A stretch of 64,000 nt of DNA, taken from the IMG/VR virus record IMGVR_UViG_3300035670_000009, positions 32,001 through 96,000 of that record. The stretch is one strand, 5' to 3'. The notes beneath the pieces were generated by a model, which had not been told where the DNA came from, did no database searches, and saw nothing but the letters and a program-made list of their open reading frames with translations. Numbering within the stretch: the first letter of the stretch is position 1; the number at the start of each line of letters is the position of its first letter. Shown here piece after piece: positions 37,150 to 45,835 of the stretch. The translations under genes and the position numbers were made by a program. This DNA is from a virus (lineage: Duplodnaviria; Caudoviricetes).

Positions 37150-37755
37150 TTAGGCCTCGGCAGGCCTTGATTCAACGCTCACCGGTCGCTGGAAATTGAC
37201 AAAAGCGCGCGCGACTTCCAAACAGGCGCGGGTATCAGCCATGGCGTTATGCGCACCCTCGAGCGGAATACCCAAGTATTCACACACCTCGACAAGGTTG
37301 CATCGGCAATTGAGCGCGCCAGTCGCGTTAAAGAACTGCGCAAGAATGGCCGTGTCGAGCGCAGGATACGTGACGTACTTTCGCCACTCGTCAGCGAAAA
37401 TGAGCTGGTCGTAAATGAAGTCCAAATCGAACGCAAGGTTGTGCCCTGCAGGAATCATCTTTCGACCGCCGCTCATTTGATAGCCACGGTTGAGAAACTC
37501 AGCAAAGATCTGCTGCGCGTCTTCAATTTTCACGCCGCGCGCGCTGTGGTGAATTAAATCGATGCGATTGATCGTGATCGCCTCGGGAGTGACGATGTAC
37601 GTGGGGTGGCGGATTTCCAAGTAAAGCGTATCGTCAGAGGTTCCGCCGCGAATGGGCTGAAAATCGCGGTCTACCACAATCGCTGCTACCGTGAGCAGGC
37701 TATTGTGACTTTCAAGGCCGCCCGTTTCACAGTCCAAAAACAAATACATGGTCAT
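37150..37755 (-). CDS. DEDDh 3'-5' exonuclease (DnaQ-like)
   Basis: FLDCETGG, GHNLAFD, HNAMADT. Confidence 0.9.
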   Translation of the reverse strand: MTMYLFLDCETGGLESHNSLLTVAAIVVDRDFQPIRGGTSDDTLYLEIRHPTYIVTPEAITINRIDLIHHSARGVKIEDAQQIFAEFLNRGYQMSGGRKMIPAGHNLAFDLDFIYDQLIFADEWRKYVTYPALDTAILAQFFNATGALNCRCNLVEVCEYLGIPLEGAHNAMADTRACLEVARAFVNFQRPVSVESRPAEA

Positions 37756-37756
37756 C

Positions 37757-37774
37757 CCTGTGTTTGATGCCGCT
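37757..37774. repeat. 18-bp direct repeat, copy 1 (CCTGTGTTTGATGCCGCT)
   Basis: Identical copy at 38469-38486. Confidence 0.9.
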
Positions 37775-37788
37775 GATCCTGCGCGTTC

Positions 37789-38151
37789 TCAGCCCAATCG
37801 CGCTAACAACCCACGCAGCGTGTCGGCTGCGGTGTGTTCGTACCATTGCTCGGCAGCGTAGGCCGCCCAGTCAATTGCCTCTCGTTCCGCGGCGGTGAGC
37901 CGCATAGCGTCGCGCTGTTGTGCCACCGTCACCAGCTGTTGCTCCAGCCTGTCGCCAGCCTCCAACAGCAGGTTTTCCTTTTTCTGCAGCCGCTCAATCT
38001 CGTCGGCCGCGTCTCCGCAAAGAATGTCCCCGCTCTCGTAGTTCATTCTCAGAGTCTCAAGCAGGCGTTCCGGCGAAACCTTTGGGAATGGCCGAGAACC
38101 AGCGGATGCAGGAGACGGCTCGGCAGCGTCTCGCGTGTTGTCATCGCTCAT
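37789..38151 (-). CDS. Hypothetical protein (DEIERL-type), paralog of 38180..38461
   Basis: Shares SAGSRPFPKVSPERLLETLRMNYESGDILCGDAADEIERL with its neighbour. Confidence 0.7.
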   Translation of the reverse strand: MSDDNTRDAAEPSPASAGSRPFPKVSPERLLETLRMNYESGDILCGDAADEIERLQKKENLLLEAGDRLEQQLVTVAQQRDAMRLTAAEREAIDWAAYAAEQWYEHTAADTLRGLLARLG

Positions 38152-38433
38152 AGTTCGCCGCTCCTGATCCTTGTCGTTCTCACTTGGTCCGCTCCAGCAG
38201 GCCGAGCAGCGTCTGCCGAATATGCTGCGCTCGGCCTCCAGGGTCTTGGTGGTAGAGGTAGTCGCCTGCGGCCAACTCAATCGCCTCCCGCTCCTCGTCG
38301 GTGAGCCGCAGCCGCTCAATCTCATCCGCCGCATCCCCGCACAGAATGTCCCCGCTCTCGTAGTTCATTCTCAGAGTCTCAAGCAAGCGTTCCGGCGAAA
38401 CCTTTGGGAATGGCCGAGAACCAGCGGATGCAG
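37986..38433. repeat. About 126-bp near-identical direct repeat (37986-38111 and 38308-38433)
   Basis: Visible sequence duplication with mostly synonymous differences. Confidence 0.9.
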
Positions 38434-38461
38434 CAGACATTTCATTAACCTCGTTTGTCAT
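38180..38461 (-). CDS. Hypothetical protein, paralog of 37789..38151
   Basis: 93 aa; shared 40-aa block plus LTDEEREAI. Confidence 0.7.
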   Translation of the reverse strand: MTNEVNEMSAASAGSRPFPKVSPERLLETLRMNYESGDILCGDAADEIERLRLTDEEREAIELAAGDYLYHQDPGGRAQHIRQTLLGLLERTK

Positions 38462-38468
38462 AACCGCT

Positions 38469-38486
38469 CCTGTGTTTGATGCCGCT
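38469..38486. repeat. 18-bp direct repeat, copy 2
   Basis: Identical to 37757-37774. Confidence 0.9.
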
Positions 38487-38497
38487 AGTCGTTGACG

Positions 38498-38881
38498 TTA
38501 TCCAGTCCGAATCCATTCCCCGGCAATGTGCAGGTGGCGACACGCCACGAGCATGTCGGCCTCGCATATCTCGGCCGCCTTTCTCCTCGCCATCCTGCAA
38601 CTCCGAAGAATCCTCCACGATGCAATCGGGAACGTCTTAGCGAAATCCTGCATCCGTTTTTCGGCGTCTTGCGAAATGCCGATCTTCCAGTAGGTCTGCT
38701 CTCCGCAGGTTGCCTCAATCCAATACACTTCGCACCCGAGCCTGTCGCAATTGGCAGTCGCTCTGCTCGCAACGTATGCGTCCCAGCAAGCTTCCGGCGA
38801 CCCCAGCCATTTGGCTTGGTTTTCTTCGATACAGATACCCGCATCAAGTGCCGCAAACGCAACCTGTGATCGCGTGCTCAT
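38498..38881 (-). CDS. T5orf172/GIY-YIG-like protein
   Basis: VYWIE...YWKIGISQDAEKRM...GEW. Confidence 0.65.
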   Translation of the reverse strand: MSTRSQVAFAALDAGICIEENQAKWLGSPEACWDAYVASRATANCDRLGCEVYWIEATCGEQTYWKIGISQDAEKRMQDFAKTFPIASWRILRSCRMARRKAAEICEADMLVACRHLHIAGEWIRTG

Positions 38882-38924
38882 TAGACAACCAACAAATAAA
38901 GCTGGCAGCTTGACGTATTACGTG

Positions 38925-39194
38925 TCATAGTGAGTCATCGCTGCGTTCGCGAATAGACACAAAACGCCCGCCATCTACATCAAACACGATGCCCGGCACG
39001 CCGCCATGCTGCGCGGCCACTGTATTTGCGATTCGCACCAGAGAATCGTAAATCTTTTTGCCGCGCGTATAACCAACAACGGCTACCAGCACACCGTAAG
39101 GGGAAAGACTAAATACGTCGTTTGAGTTGAAATCTCGCGGCGCAACGTCAGCGTGGTCTTCGATATGACCGCCAAAATCAAAATTGTCAGGCAT
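38925..39194 (-). CDS. Hypothetical protein
   Basis: 89 aa; overlaps the hldE stop. Confidence 0.6.
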   Translation of the reverse strand: MPDNFDFGGHIEDHADVAPRDFNSNDVFSLSPYGVLVAVVGYTRGKKIYDSLVRIANTVAAQHGGVPGIVFDVDGGRFVSIRERSDDSL

Positions 39195-40704
39195 GTTTCA
39201 GTTTCTCGAGAATCTGCGTGGTGCTCACGTTGTCCACCATGGGACAACGCCAAATTCGGCCTGGAGGGTCGCGATTTATCATCTCTTCAAGGCCGATGAT
39301 TTCCTCCTCTTTGTACTGCGCGCCTTTGACCAATACGTCTGGGACAAACGCGTCGATCATGCCACGCAGCGCAGGTTGTGCGACAAAATCTTCTTCTTCG
39401 AGCGCAACAACTGCGTCCACGCATCCCAAGCTCGCGAGGACCCGGGAGCGCGTTTCAAAATCCTGCACGGGCCGGTTTGGCCCCTTGAGCAGGCGAACAC
39501 TCATGTCGCTGTTTACAGCCACAATGAGGCGCTTACCTTGTTGTTTTGCCTGTTCGAGCAGCTGCAGATGCCCGCGATGTAAAAGGTCAAAACAACCATT
39601 GGCAAGCACAATCGGCTCATTGATCGTGCGCCACGCAGTAGAAAGAGCCACACCTATAGCAAATGGAACAATCTTCGCTTCCGAAGACGTTTCTACCTGC
39701 TTGGCGTACCGCGCCAGAAACGGCGTGGCTGGGTCCAGCTGCGGATACCCTCGCGCCAGGTATTGCGCTGCCGCAGCGTTACCGGCAGCGATCATCAAAT
39801 GCGCACGCGCTGTATCCGGCGGCGCTTTGACCATTGGCGACAACATCAATTCAGCCACAATTCCGGCAAGAAACGCGTCTCCCGCGCCAACACAGTTGGC
39901 AATCGCGGGGAAACACGATTTTGCCGGTGCCTGATAACTCTTAATCGTCTCGTCCGGTTGGCGCACGGCGTACACAGCACCGTTTCTACCGCCGGTAATA
40001 ATTGCAACCTGCGCCTCGGCAGTCTCGAGCACAGCTTGCACAGTCTCGTGACGATCTGGCGACCAGGTTTTGTCGTTCAGCTCCAGATATTCTTTCGCTT
40101 CCGCGGCGTTCATTTTGACGATGTCGGCGCCCTTGTATGCGTTGAGCAAGGCGGGTTTCGCGCTAACCACCGACAACACGCCATAGTAGCGCGCGGCTTC
40201 GATAATCTTTTGCCCGTAAAACTGGCAATACCCTTTGCCGTAGTCGGCGATAACCAGCGCATTCGCCAACGGAATATGCTGCATATACCGCTCGATGTTG
40301 AAATCGCGCGAAGCGTGTGCAACATACTGATCGGACGTTTCTTCTTCGTCGTAGCGAAATGCGACAATGCCGTGATTATTGACAAACCGCATTTTGGCGG
40401 GCGTAACAAACAGCCCGCTGAATGTCACGTTTTTACAAGACAGGCCAGATTCGTGAAGCAACGCATGCACGGTCTGGCCCGGCGTATCGTCGCCCAGTCG
40501 GCTCATGAGCTTGATTCGCATATTCAGACTGCGCAACAACGCGGCCACCAATCCGGCGCCGCCAAGCGACGCTTGCCGGTCGTCTCCCTTTCCAGTGGCA
40601 ATGACCGCGGCACCTTCAGGATTCGCGTAGCGCGGCCCCGCTTGAATCCAAAGATCAAGCAACAGGTCGCCTAAAACGAGCACTTTCGGTCCGCGGTATC
40701 CCAT
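39187..40704 (-). CDS. hldE: Bifunctional heptose-7-phosphate kinase / heptose-1-phosphate adenylyltransferase
   Basis: VLVLGDLLLD, GGAG, VGAGDAFLAG (PfkB); NGCFDLLHRGH, VAVNSD, KGPNRP, LVKG (nucleotidyltransferase). Confidence 0.88.
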   Translation of the reverse strand: MGYRGPKVLVLGDLLLDLWIQAGPRYANPEGAAVIATGKGDDRQASLGGAGLVAALLRSLNMRIKLMSRLGDDTPGQTVHALLHESGLSCKNVTFSGLFVTPAKMRFVNNHGIVAFRYDEEETSDQYVAHASRDFNIERYMQHIPLANALVIADYGKGYCQFYGQKIIEAARYYGVLSVVSAKPALLNAYKGADIVKMNAAEAKEYLELNDKTWSPDRHETVQAVLETAEAQVAIITGGRNGAVYAVRQPDETIKSYQAPAKSCFPAIANCVGAGDAFLAGIVAELMLSPMVKAPPDTARAHLMIAAGNAAAAQYLARGYPQLDPATPFLARYAKQVETSSEAKIVPFAIGVALSTAWRTINEPIVLANGCFDLLHRGHLQLLEQAKQQGKRLIVAVNSDMSVRLLKGPNRPVQDFETRSRVLASLGCVDAVVALEEEDFVAQPALRGMIDAFVPDVLVKGAQYKEEEIIGLEEMINRDPPGRIWRCPMVDNVSTTQILEKLKHA

Positions 40705-41846
40705 CAGAGCACAATCAGCCCGACGGCTGTCTCCGGGAGCGGGAAAAGATAAACGCCAAGCGGACTAAACTGCCTGGGCGTATCAAGCCGCATCACCACG
40801 TTTTCATTGGCGTCGCGCAGTTGGGCGGTCACGTAAGGACCCGTCTTGGAAGTGCGAGCGTCCAGCGTAACGGAATATGGACTTCCGTCAACACTAAGCG
40901 TGACCGAAACTGAGTTGCCAGCGGGGTAGTTGCCAGGTCGATCGAAAACATCCTGGATCGCCGAGATGTGATTCTGCCGATACATTTCGAACAGCACAGG
41001 TTTCGTAAAACGCCCAAAGCGCGCGTCATACAACTGCTCCATTTCGGCGCCAGCGCCCCAGCATGCGGGTGCGTAGACCCTTGCTGCGGCCATTAGATAC
41101 GGCGGCACGTTAACGTAGTCCTCGGGCTGCGCCTTGGCCAGCAAAAACGTCTGCTCGGGGAGACAGACAAACTCGCCGGTCTCCGTGAGAATTTTCATCT
41201 CGCCGCTGTCCGTAGAAGGCAGCGCGATCGCTCCCAGCTGCGGCCCCATACCCGCGCCGTCAGGATATTCGCTCTGCCAATCGAGCAGCTCCGTAACGGG
41301 GCTGCCGTGCGGCGAAAACTTGGCCGGAGAGAAGACCGCCTGCAGGTGCGTGTTCTGCACCAGCGCCGGAGCTTTCTTGCCGGGCGTTGGCAGAGGTTGG
41401 GGCGCAGGGGCAGTCGTGACGGGCCACTGCGTCGGCTCAGCTGCCTGCACAGCAGCCTCGGCCACAAGCTGGTTAAACAGATCCTGGCTGGAGACTTCGG
41501 GCTCGAGCTGCACCACGTTCACAAACTGACGCAGCGCCTCCAGGATAATGGCGTCCCGACGATCAGGCGGAGTGTTCGCATACTCAAAGATATCTTTGAG
41601 CGCGTCGCTGCGAGTCGCCCGTGTCAGCGAAAAATTCAGGCCCGAGAAATCAAAACGGGCCAGCTGCTCAGCCGCTGTGACCAGTTTCGCTCGCGCCATC
41701 AGCGGTTGTTTGGCTTCGCTGCCTGCCAGCCGAAGAACCTCTAGCAATGCTGCAGCGAGCATCAGGCGGTGGCTGTCCTTAGACTTGGGCGCCGCCACCA
41801 TAAGAAAATCATCCAAAACGTTACTTGCGACGCATTCGTCGGACAT
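40704..41846 (-). CDS. Hypothetical protein
   Basis: 380 aa from ATG 41846 (MSDEC). Confidence 0.65.
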   Translation of the reverse strand: MSDECVASNVLDDFLMVAAPKSKDSHRLMLAAALLEVLRLAGSEAKQPLMARAKLVTAAEQLARFDFSGLNFSLTRATRSDALKDIFEYANTPPDRRDAIILEALRQFVNVVQLEPEVSSQDLFNQLVAEAAVQAAEPTQWPVTTAPAPQPLPTPGKKAPALVQNTHLQAVFSPAKFSPHGSPVTELLDWQSEYPDGAGMGPQLGAIALPSTDSGEMKILTETGEFVCLPEQTFLLAKAQPEDYVNVPPYLMAAARVYAPACWGAGAEMEQLYDARFGRFTKPVLFEMYRQNHISAIQDVFDRPGNYPAGNSVSVTLSVDGSPYSVTLDARTSKTGPYVTAQLRDANENVVMRLDTPRQFSPLGVYLFPLPETAVGLIVL

Positions 41847-42960
41847 CGTCTGCAGTCCCATCGTAAACGGCATCACAGGCAGACAATAAAGCGGGGAAGG
41901 TGTGCCGATACTCCCTGCCGATCGTAATTTGAATCGCCTCGTCGCTTGGTAGCGACCGATCAGTCTGGTACGCAGCCAGCACGTTGTTGAAAAGCCGAGT
42001 GCTTTGCGCGCCGTCATCGGCGGCGATAAATATGCCGCCAGGCGAGCCCGCCATCTGCCGAACCTCTGCGGCAAAAACCAGCATGTCGACGTAACTAGCT
42101 GCGCCCAGCGCGGCCCCCAACGTCGCGGCGTGCGTGGCGGGAAACAAATGGTGCATGCTGTCTCCCAATGTCAAATGAACCGTAGCGGGCCGCTGTAATT
42201 CGTATGCGCGAGCGAGCACGCTCGCCGACCGATTGGACGAGAGCGGAAAGCTCCAACGCCCCAGCGCCTCGCCGTAACCCATGCCGCTCGCGGCCGCGCG
42301 AAGCGCCGCGACATTAAGCGGCGCGAGCTCGCGAAGCCGGTCGTCGTGTGAAGAACGACCGCCTAAAATGGCGCGCTCAAAGTCCCGCATTGCCGCAGCG
42401 CTGGAGAGCGCCACGCCGGTGATATAGCCCTTTTCAAGCATTGTGTTGACGAGGGGCCCGACGTTTTCGGCAATAACCGCGTGCCCCAGAAAAAGCACGA
42501 CGGGCTTGTTGGCACTTCGTGCCGCGTGAATCAACCGCGCGCGCGCAATGTCGTCTTTGCCGGGCGGCACGTCGGCAATAGTCGGAATTGGCGCCGCGCG
42601 AGGCAGCGCGTATTGCACCTGAAACGTGTCAAGGTGCTGGTGCGAGCTGACGATGTCGGTTGCCAGCGTCAACGGCGGAGCAGCCGCCGGATCTTCTGCT
42701 GGCTGCATGGGCCCAGTACCGCAAAACAACCACTCGGCCCGCGCAAAACCCAGCTTCACAACGCGCAGCAGAACGGGCATCCCAAAAGAATGCTCGCCAG
42801 CCAACGCGTCACGAAAACGATATTTTTGCACCCCGACGCGTTTGCCGAATGCTGAAATGTTGCCGCCAAACGCGAACTCACACAAGTAATTCATCCGCAG
42901 TCGAATCGCGTTTGTCCCCTCCAGCTTGTTCGGGCGATAAGGTGCTCGACGCCTCACCAT
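41821..42960 (-). CDS. N-terminal XRE/CI-like HTH fused to a deoxyhypusine-synthase-like domain
   Basis: GGNISAFGKRVGV...EWLFCGTGPM; then KPVVLFLGHAVI...ITGVALSSAAAMRDFE...PATVHLTLGDSMHH. Confidence 0.55.
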   Translation of the reverse strand: MVRRRAPYRPNKLEGTNAIRLRMNYLCEFAFGGNISAFGKRVGVQKYRFRDALAGEHSFGMPVLLRVVKLGFARAEWLFCGTGPMQPAEDPAAAPPLTLATDIVSSHQHLDTFQVQYALPRAAPIPTIADVPPGKDDIARARLIHAARSANKPVVLFLGHAVIAENVGPLVNTMLEKGYITGVALSSAAAMRDFERAILGGRSSHDDRLRELAPLNVAALRAAASGMGYGEALGRWSFPLSSNRSASVLARAYELQRPATVHLTLGDSMHHLFPATHAATLGAALGAASYVDMLVFAAEVRQMAGSPGGIFIAADDGAQSTRLFNNVLAAYQTDRSLPSDEAIQITIGREYRHTFPALLSACDAVYDGTADDVRRMRRK

Positions 42961-43786
42961 GCTTTTTGTCTTTCTTAAAAGCCCGCAAAAGTCCGTCGCC
43001 GCAGGTGCGAAACACGCCAGTTCCACTCAACAAGCGCAGACTATATCCGGCCTGCAGATAAACACCTGTCAACTCCAGATACGACGTCAGCAACCCGGCC
43101 GGATACTCGACGAACCGCCCGAGTAATTCACAGAGCGCGGTGTCGTCTTCTAGTTTTGCAGAAGAAAAGAACACTGTCTTGGACCCGCGCCACTTGACCC
43201 ACGGAAGTGCTTTCTTAGAAGGCCGAGTTAGGATGAGCTGCCGAACCTCGACATTCCACCCTGCATCCTGCGGGTCAACGACGACGCGCCAGCTTGAACC
43301 GGTCGTTTTGCGCTGCAACGCTTTTGTCAGCTGTTGGTACGCCTGTTTCTGCTGCGTTAACACGGCGTGTAACGCGCGAGCATGTGCGCGAATTTCTTCG
43401 TCATTGAAACCGTTCGCCGAATGAAATCCGCGAGCTGGCACAAAATACGAGATTACCCGGCAGAACAAAACCAAGTCGTCTTGCGTCTTGCGCGCGCAGC
43501 TTAACCGCCGTTTGATGCGCCGATAGATAAAAGAAGACAGGCGCCCCCAACAAAATGGACAGACCTTGTGTTGTTTACAAGGTCGAATGCGCCGCGTGTT
43601 TCCGTTCTTGAAATACACACTCGTCGGTCGACAGTTCATCACGCGACGCAGTGTCAGCAATCGCGACGTGCGCGTGGCGTCTGCGCCGCCCGGGATCCAC
43701 ATGCGATAAATTGCCAGCTGTTTCACGCGCGTGAACCAAAGCCAATGCAATTTGTTAATCATCCGGATGACGAAACCATATTCCAT
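42878..43786 (-). CDS. Hypothetical protein with CxxxxxCPFC motif
   Basis: About 302 aa from ATG 43786. Confidence 0.6.
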   Translation of the reverse strand: MEYGFVIRMINKLHWLWFTRVKQLAIYRMWIPGGADATRTSRLLTLRRVMNCRPTSVYFKNGNTRRIRPCKQHKVCPFCWGRLSSFIYRRIKRRLSCARKTQDDLVLFCRVISYFVPARGFHSANGFNDEEIRAHARALHAVLTQQKQAYQQLTKALQRKTTGSSWRVVVDPQDAGWNVEVRQLILTRPSKKALPWVKWRGSKTVFFSSAKLEDDTALCELLGRFVEYPAGLLTSYLELTGVYLQAGYSLRLLSGTGVFRTCGDGLLRAFKKDKKHGEASSTLSPEQAGGDKRDSTADELLV

Positions 43787-43936
43787 TTCACGTTGATGCC
43801 GCCGTTTTCCGGATGCCGGATAAAGCACGTGCCGAATGGAAAACTGCTGACTTGCGCGCGTGCTCATACGAACGATGCGCCAATCCTGCATCCGGTCTTG
43901 TTCCATACCAAACAGCACACAGCCTCCTTGCTATTT

Positions 43937-44209
43937 TCAATCAGGATAACACGCGCGAATCTCTTCCAGTTCCTTTACGGCGCGAGACATCAAACCGTGT
44001 TGTTCGTTTTCGTCCGCGGTATCGTTTCGGCTGCCCGCAGACCCGCGGCACTGCAACCAAGGCCAGTCCCAGACGTAGTCTTCGTATATTTCGCTTTCGT
44101 AACGCGATACGCCGTCACGAACCTCGACTAATACCAATCGCGTGCGAACAATCCAGCGTTTCTTGGGCCACGGTTGATGCGGCCGCGAAGTGATGCAACA
44201 CAGGCTCAT
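43937..44209 (-). CDS. Hypothetical protein
   Basis: 90 aa downstream of the tRNA. Confidence 0.45.
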   Translation of the reverse strand: MSLCCITSRPHQPWPKKRWIVRTRLVLVEVRDGVSRYESEIYEDYVWDWPWLQCRGSAGSRNDTADENEQHGLMSRAVKELEEIRACYPD

Positions 44210-44234
44210 AGCTATTCCTTGCTGCGCCAGGTTG

Positions 44235-44303
44235 TGCCCAGCCGGGAATCGAACCCGGGGCCTCCGACTTACAATGTCGGACTCTGCCACTGAGCTACTG
44301 GGC
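44235..44303 (-). tRNA. tRNA-Thr(TGT), atypical
   Basis: GCCCAG-TA-GCTC-AGTGGCA-GAGT-CCGAC-ATTGTAA-GTCGG-AGGCC-CCGGG-TTCGATT-CCCGG-CTGGGC-A; no encoded CCA. Confidence 0.75.
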
Positions 44304-44340
44304 GCGCCTGGTCAAACGCATTTATCGCGCCTGCTGCGCG

Positions 44341-44847
44341 CTAGTCGGCCGCGGCTTGGCCGCCGTCGTGGTTGTGCGGGCCAGATTCTTGGTTTTGCTG
44401 CTCATCTTCGAGTCCTTCTTTTGATGCAAGCTCTGCCTGTCGCGCTGTAATTCGTTCCTGAATCAACGTCACGCCAGTTTCAATACTCGAAACTTCGACG
44501 TACGGCAGAATTTCACACAGGTGCTTGAATTTTGACGCACCTACTGCGGCGACGTTGATTTCGCCTGGTTCTTGATTGGAAAACTCTGCCATGTTAGCGA
44601 TCGCAAACGCTACGGCCTTGTCAGTGAACACCAGAATTTTGTTGTCTTTGTCCGAGAAGAAACTGGTGCCGCGGGCGTTAGTTATGACCCACCGCGCGGC
44701 TTCCTCACCGTCGTCGATATAGCCGACAGATCGAACATGGGCCGCCGGAGCTGCGCCAGCTGAGCAGCACTTTTTAAACTTCAAACCGCTGCCACACGGA
44801 CAGCGTTCATTGCGGCGGGGAATGTCGAATCGTCTGCGAATGGTCAT
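44341..44847 (-). CDS. SEC-C motif protein
   Basis: RNERCPCGSGLKFKKCC. Confidence 0.8.
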   Translation of the reverse strand: MTIRRRFDIPRRNERCPCGSGLKFKKCCSAGAAPAAHVRSVGYIDDGEEAARWVITNARGTSFFSDKDNKILVFTDKAVAFAIANMAEFSNQEPGEINVAAVGASKFKHLCEILPYVEVSSIETGVTLIQERITARQAELASKEGLEDEQQNQESGPHNHDGGQAAAD

Positions 44848-45116
44848 GTGGGCCTCTTGATAAACAAAGGACCGTTTTCGCCCACGTAGGCGCCCAGCGT
44901 GTTAAAACACAAAAACTCGTCGGCTTCTTCGTCGCTAATTCCGTCGCGCTCGCAAAGCAGCGCGATGCACCGGTCGTAGTCGTAAACGGCCACGACTGCG
45001 TGGTGCTGATTGAGCGTGAATCCGAGATAGGCGTCTTCGAGCCCGTCGGCGAGCAAAGCCTCGGGATGCGCTTCACGCAATTCGGCGAACGGATCAGCTT
45101 CCGGCTGACAAGCCAT
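44844..45116 (-). CDS. Conserved hypothetical phage protein
   Basis: LLADGLEDAYLG...AVYDYDRC...FNTLGAYVGE. Confidence 0.7.
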   Translation of the reverse strand: MACQPEADPFAELREAHPEALLADGLEDAYLGFTLNQHHAVVAVYDYDRCIALLCERDGISDEEADEFLCFNTLGAYVGENGPLFIKRPT

Positions 45117-45278
45117 GGGAGTCCTTCCGTGGAGAGTTGATGATCCTACCGCGCCGGATTTGCGCGTCAAGTTTTGCAAGCAACAGGCGGGCAAAATTCC
45201 GGCGCATTCTTCTGGCCGCGACCGAAAGCCCCGCGTTGGTATTTGCTAGTCGGGCGCGGGCGCTCTTGCGCAACGCCA

Positions 45279-45521
45279 TCAGTCGTCGTCCTCGGCGAAT
45301 ACTTCAACATCGTCCCACTCAAACTGGTCAAAAAGCCAATCAGGCCCGTCGTTTTCGTCGAAAGCCAACATCGGCCGATCGTAGCCATTGTCGTCAGCTG
45401 CGCTTTCAGCCAGTTCGTAATGCTCGCCGTTGTCGTAAGCAGATTGCGTGCACTCGACTTTACAAGCGAAAAAACCAGGTCCGTCTGTGGTCATAGCAGC
45501 GACCACGCATTTGATGGTCAT
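45279..45521 (-). CDS. Hypothetical acidic protein
   Basis: 80 aa. Confidence 0.6.
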   Translation of the reverse strand: MTIKCVVAAMTTDGPGFFACKVECTQSAYDNGEHYELAESAADDNGYDRPMLAFDENDGPDWLFDQFEWDDVEVFAEDDD

Positions 45522-45835
45522 GACGCAATGTTCTCCATGTGTCTGCGCCAGCGAGTGGCGCTGTGGTTGTTGTAGTCCGGCGTAGCGGTGCCGGAAACGC
45601 GCGGATAGATATCAATCGGCGAGGCACAAAACGGACGTGTCATCGATTCTGCAAGAAAAAACACGCCGCAAATCCTTGAAGGCGCTCAAGTTGCGGCGCA
45701 ACCCTTACAAAAATGTTGTCCGATTTGACCTGACCTCGTTGACTCACTTCGTGAGTCATAAAGGGTTAAGACTGGGAAGGGAAAGGCAGGGTGTGAAAAC
45801 CCTGCCTATTCCCCCCACCCTATTAGACAAGACAA
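45522..45835. promoter_or_regulatory. Large intergenic control region
   Basis: Hairpins TGACTCAC-TTC-GTGAGTCA (45740-45758) and AGGCAGGGT/ACCCTGCCT (45784-45807); palindrome variant at 45605; AGACAA repeats. Confidence 0.4.
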
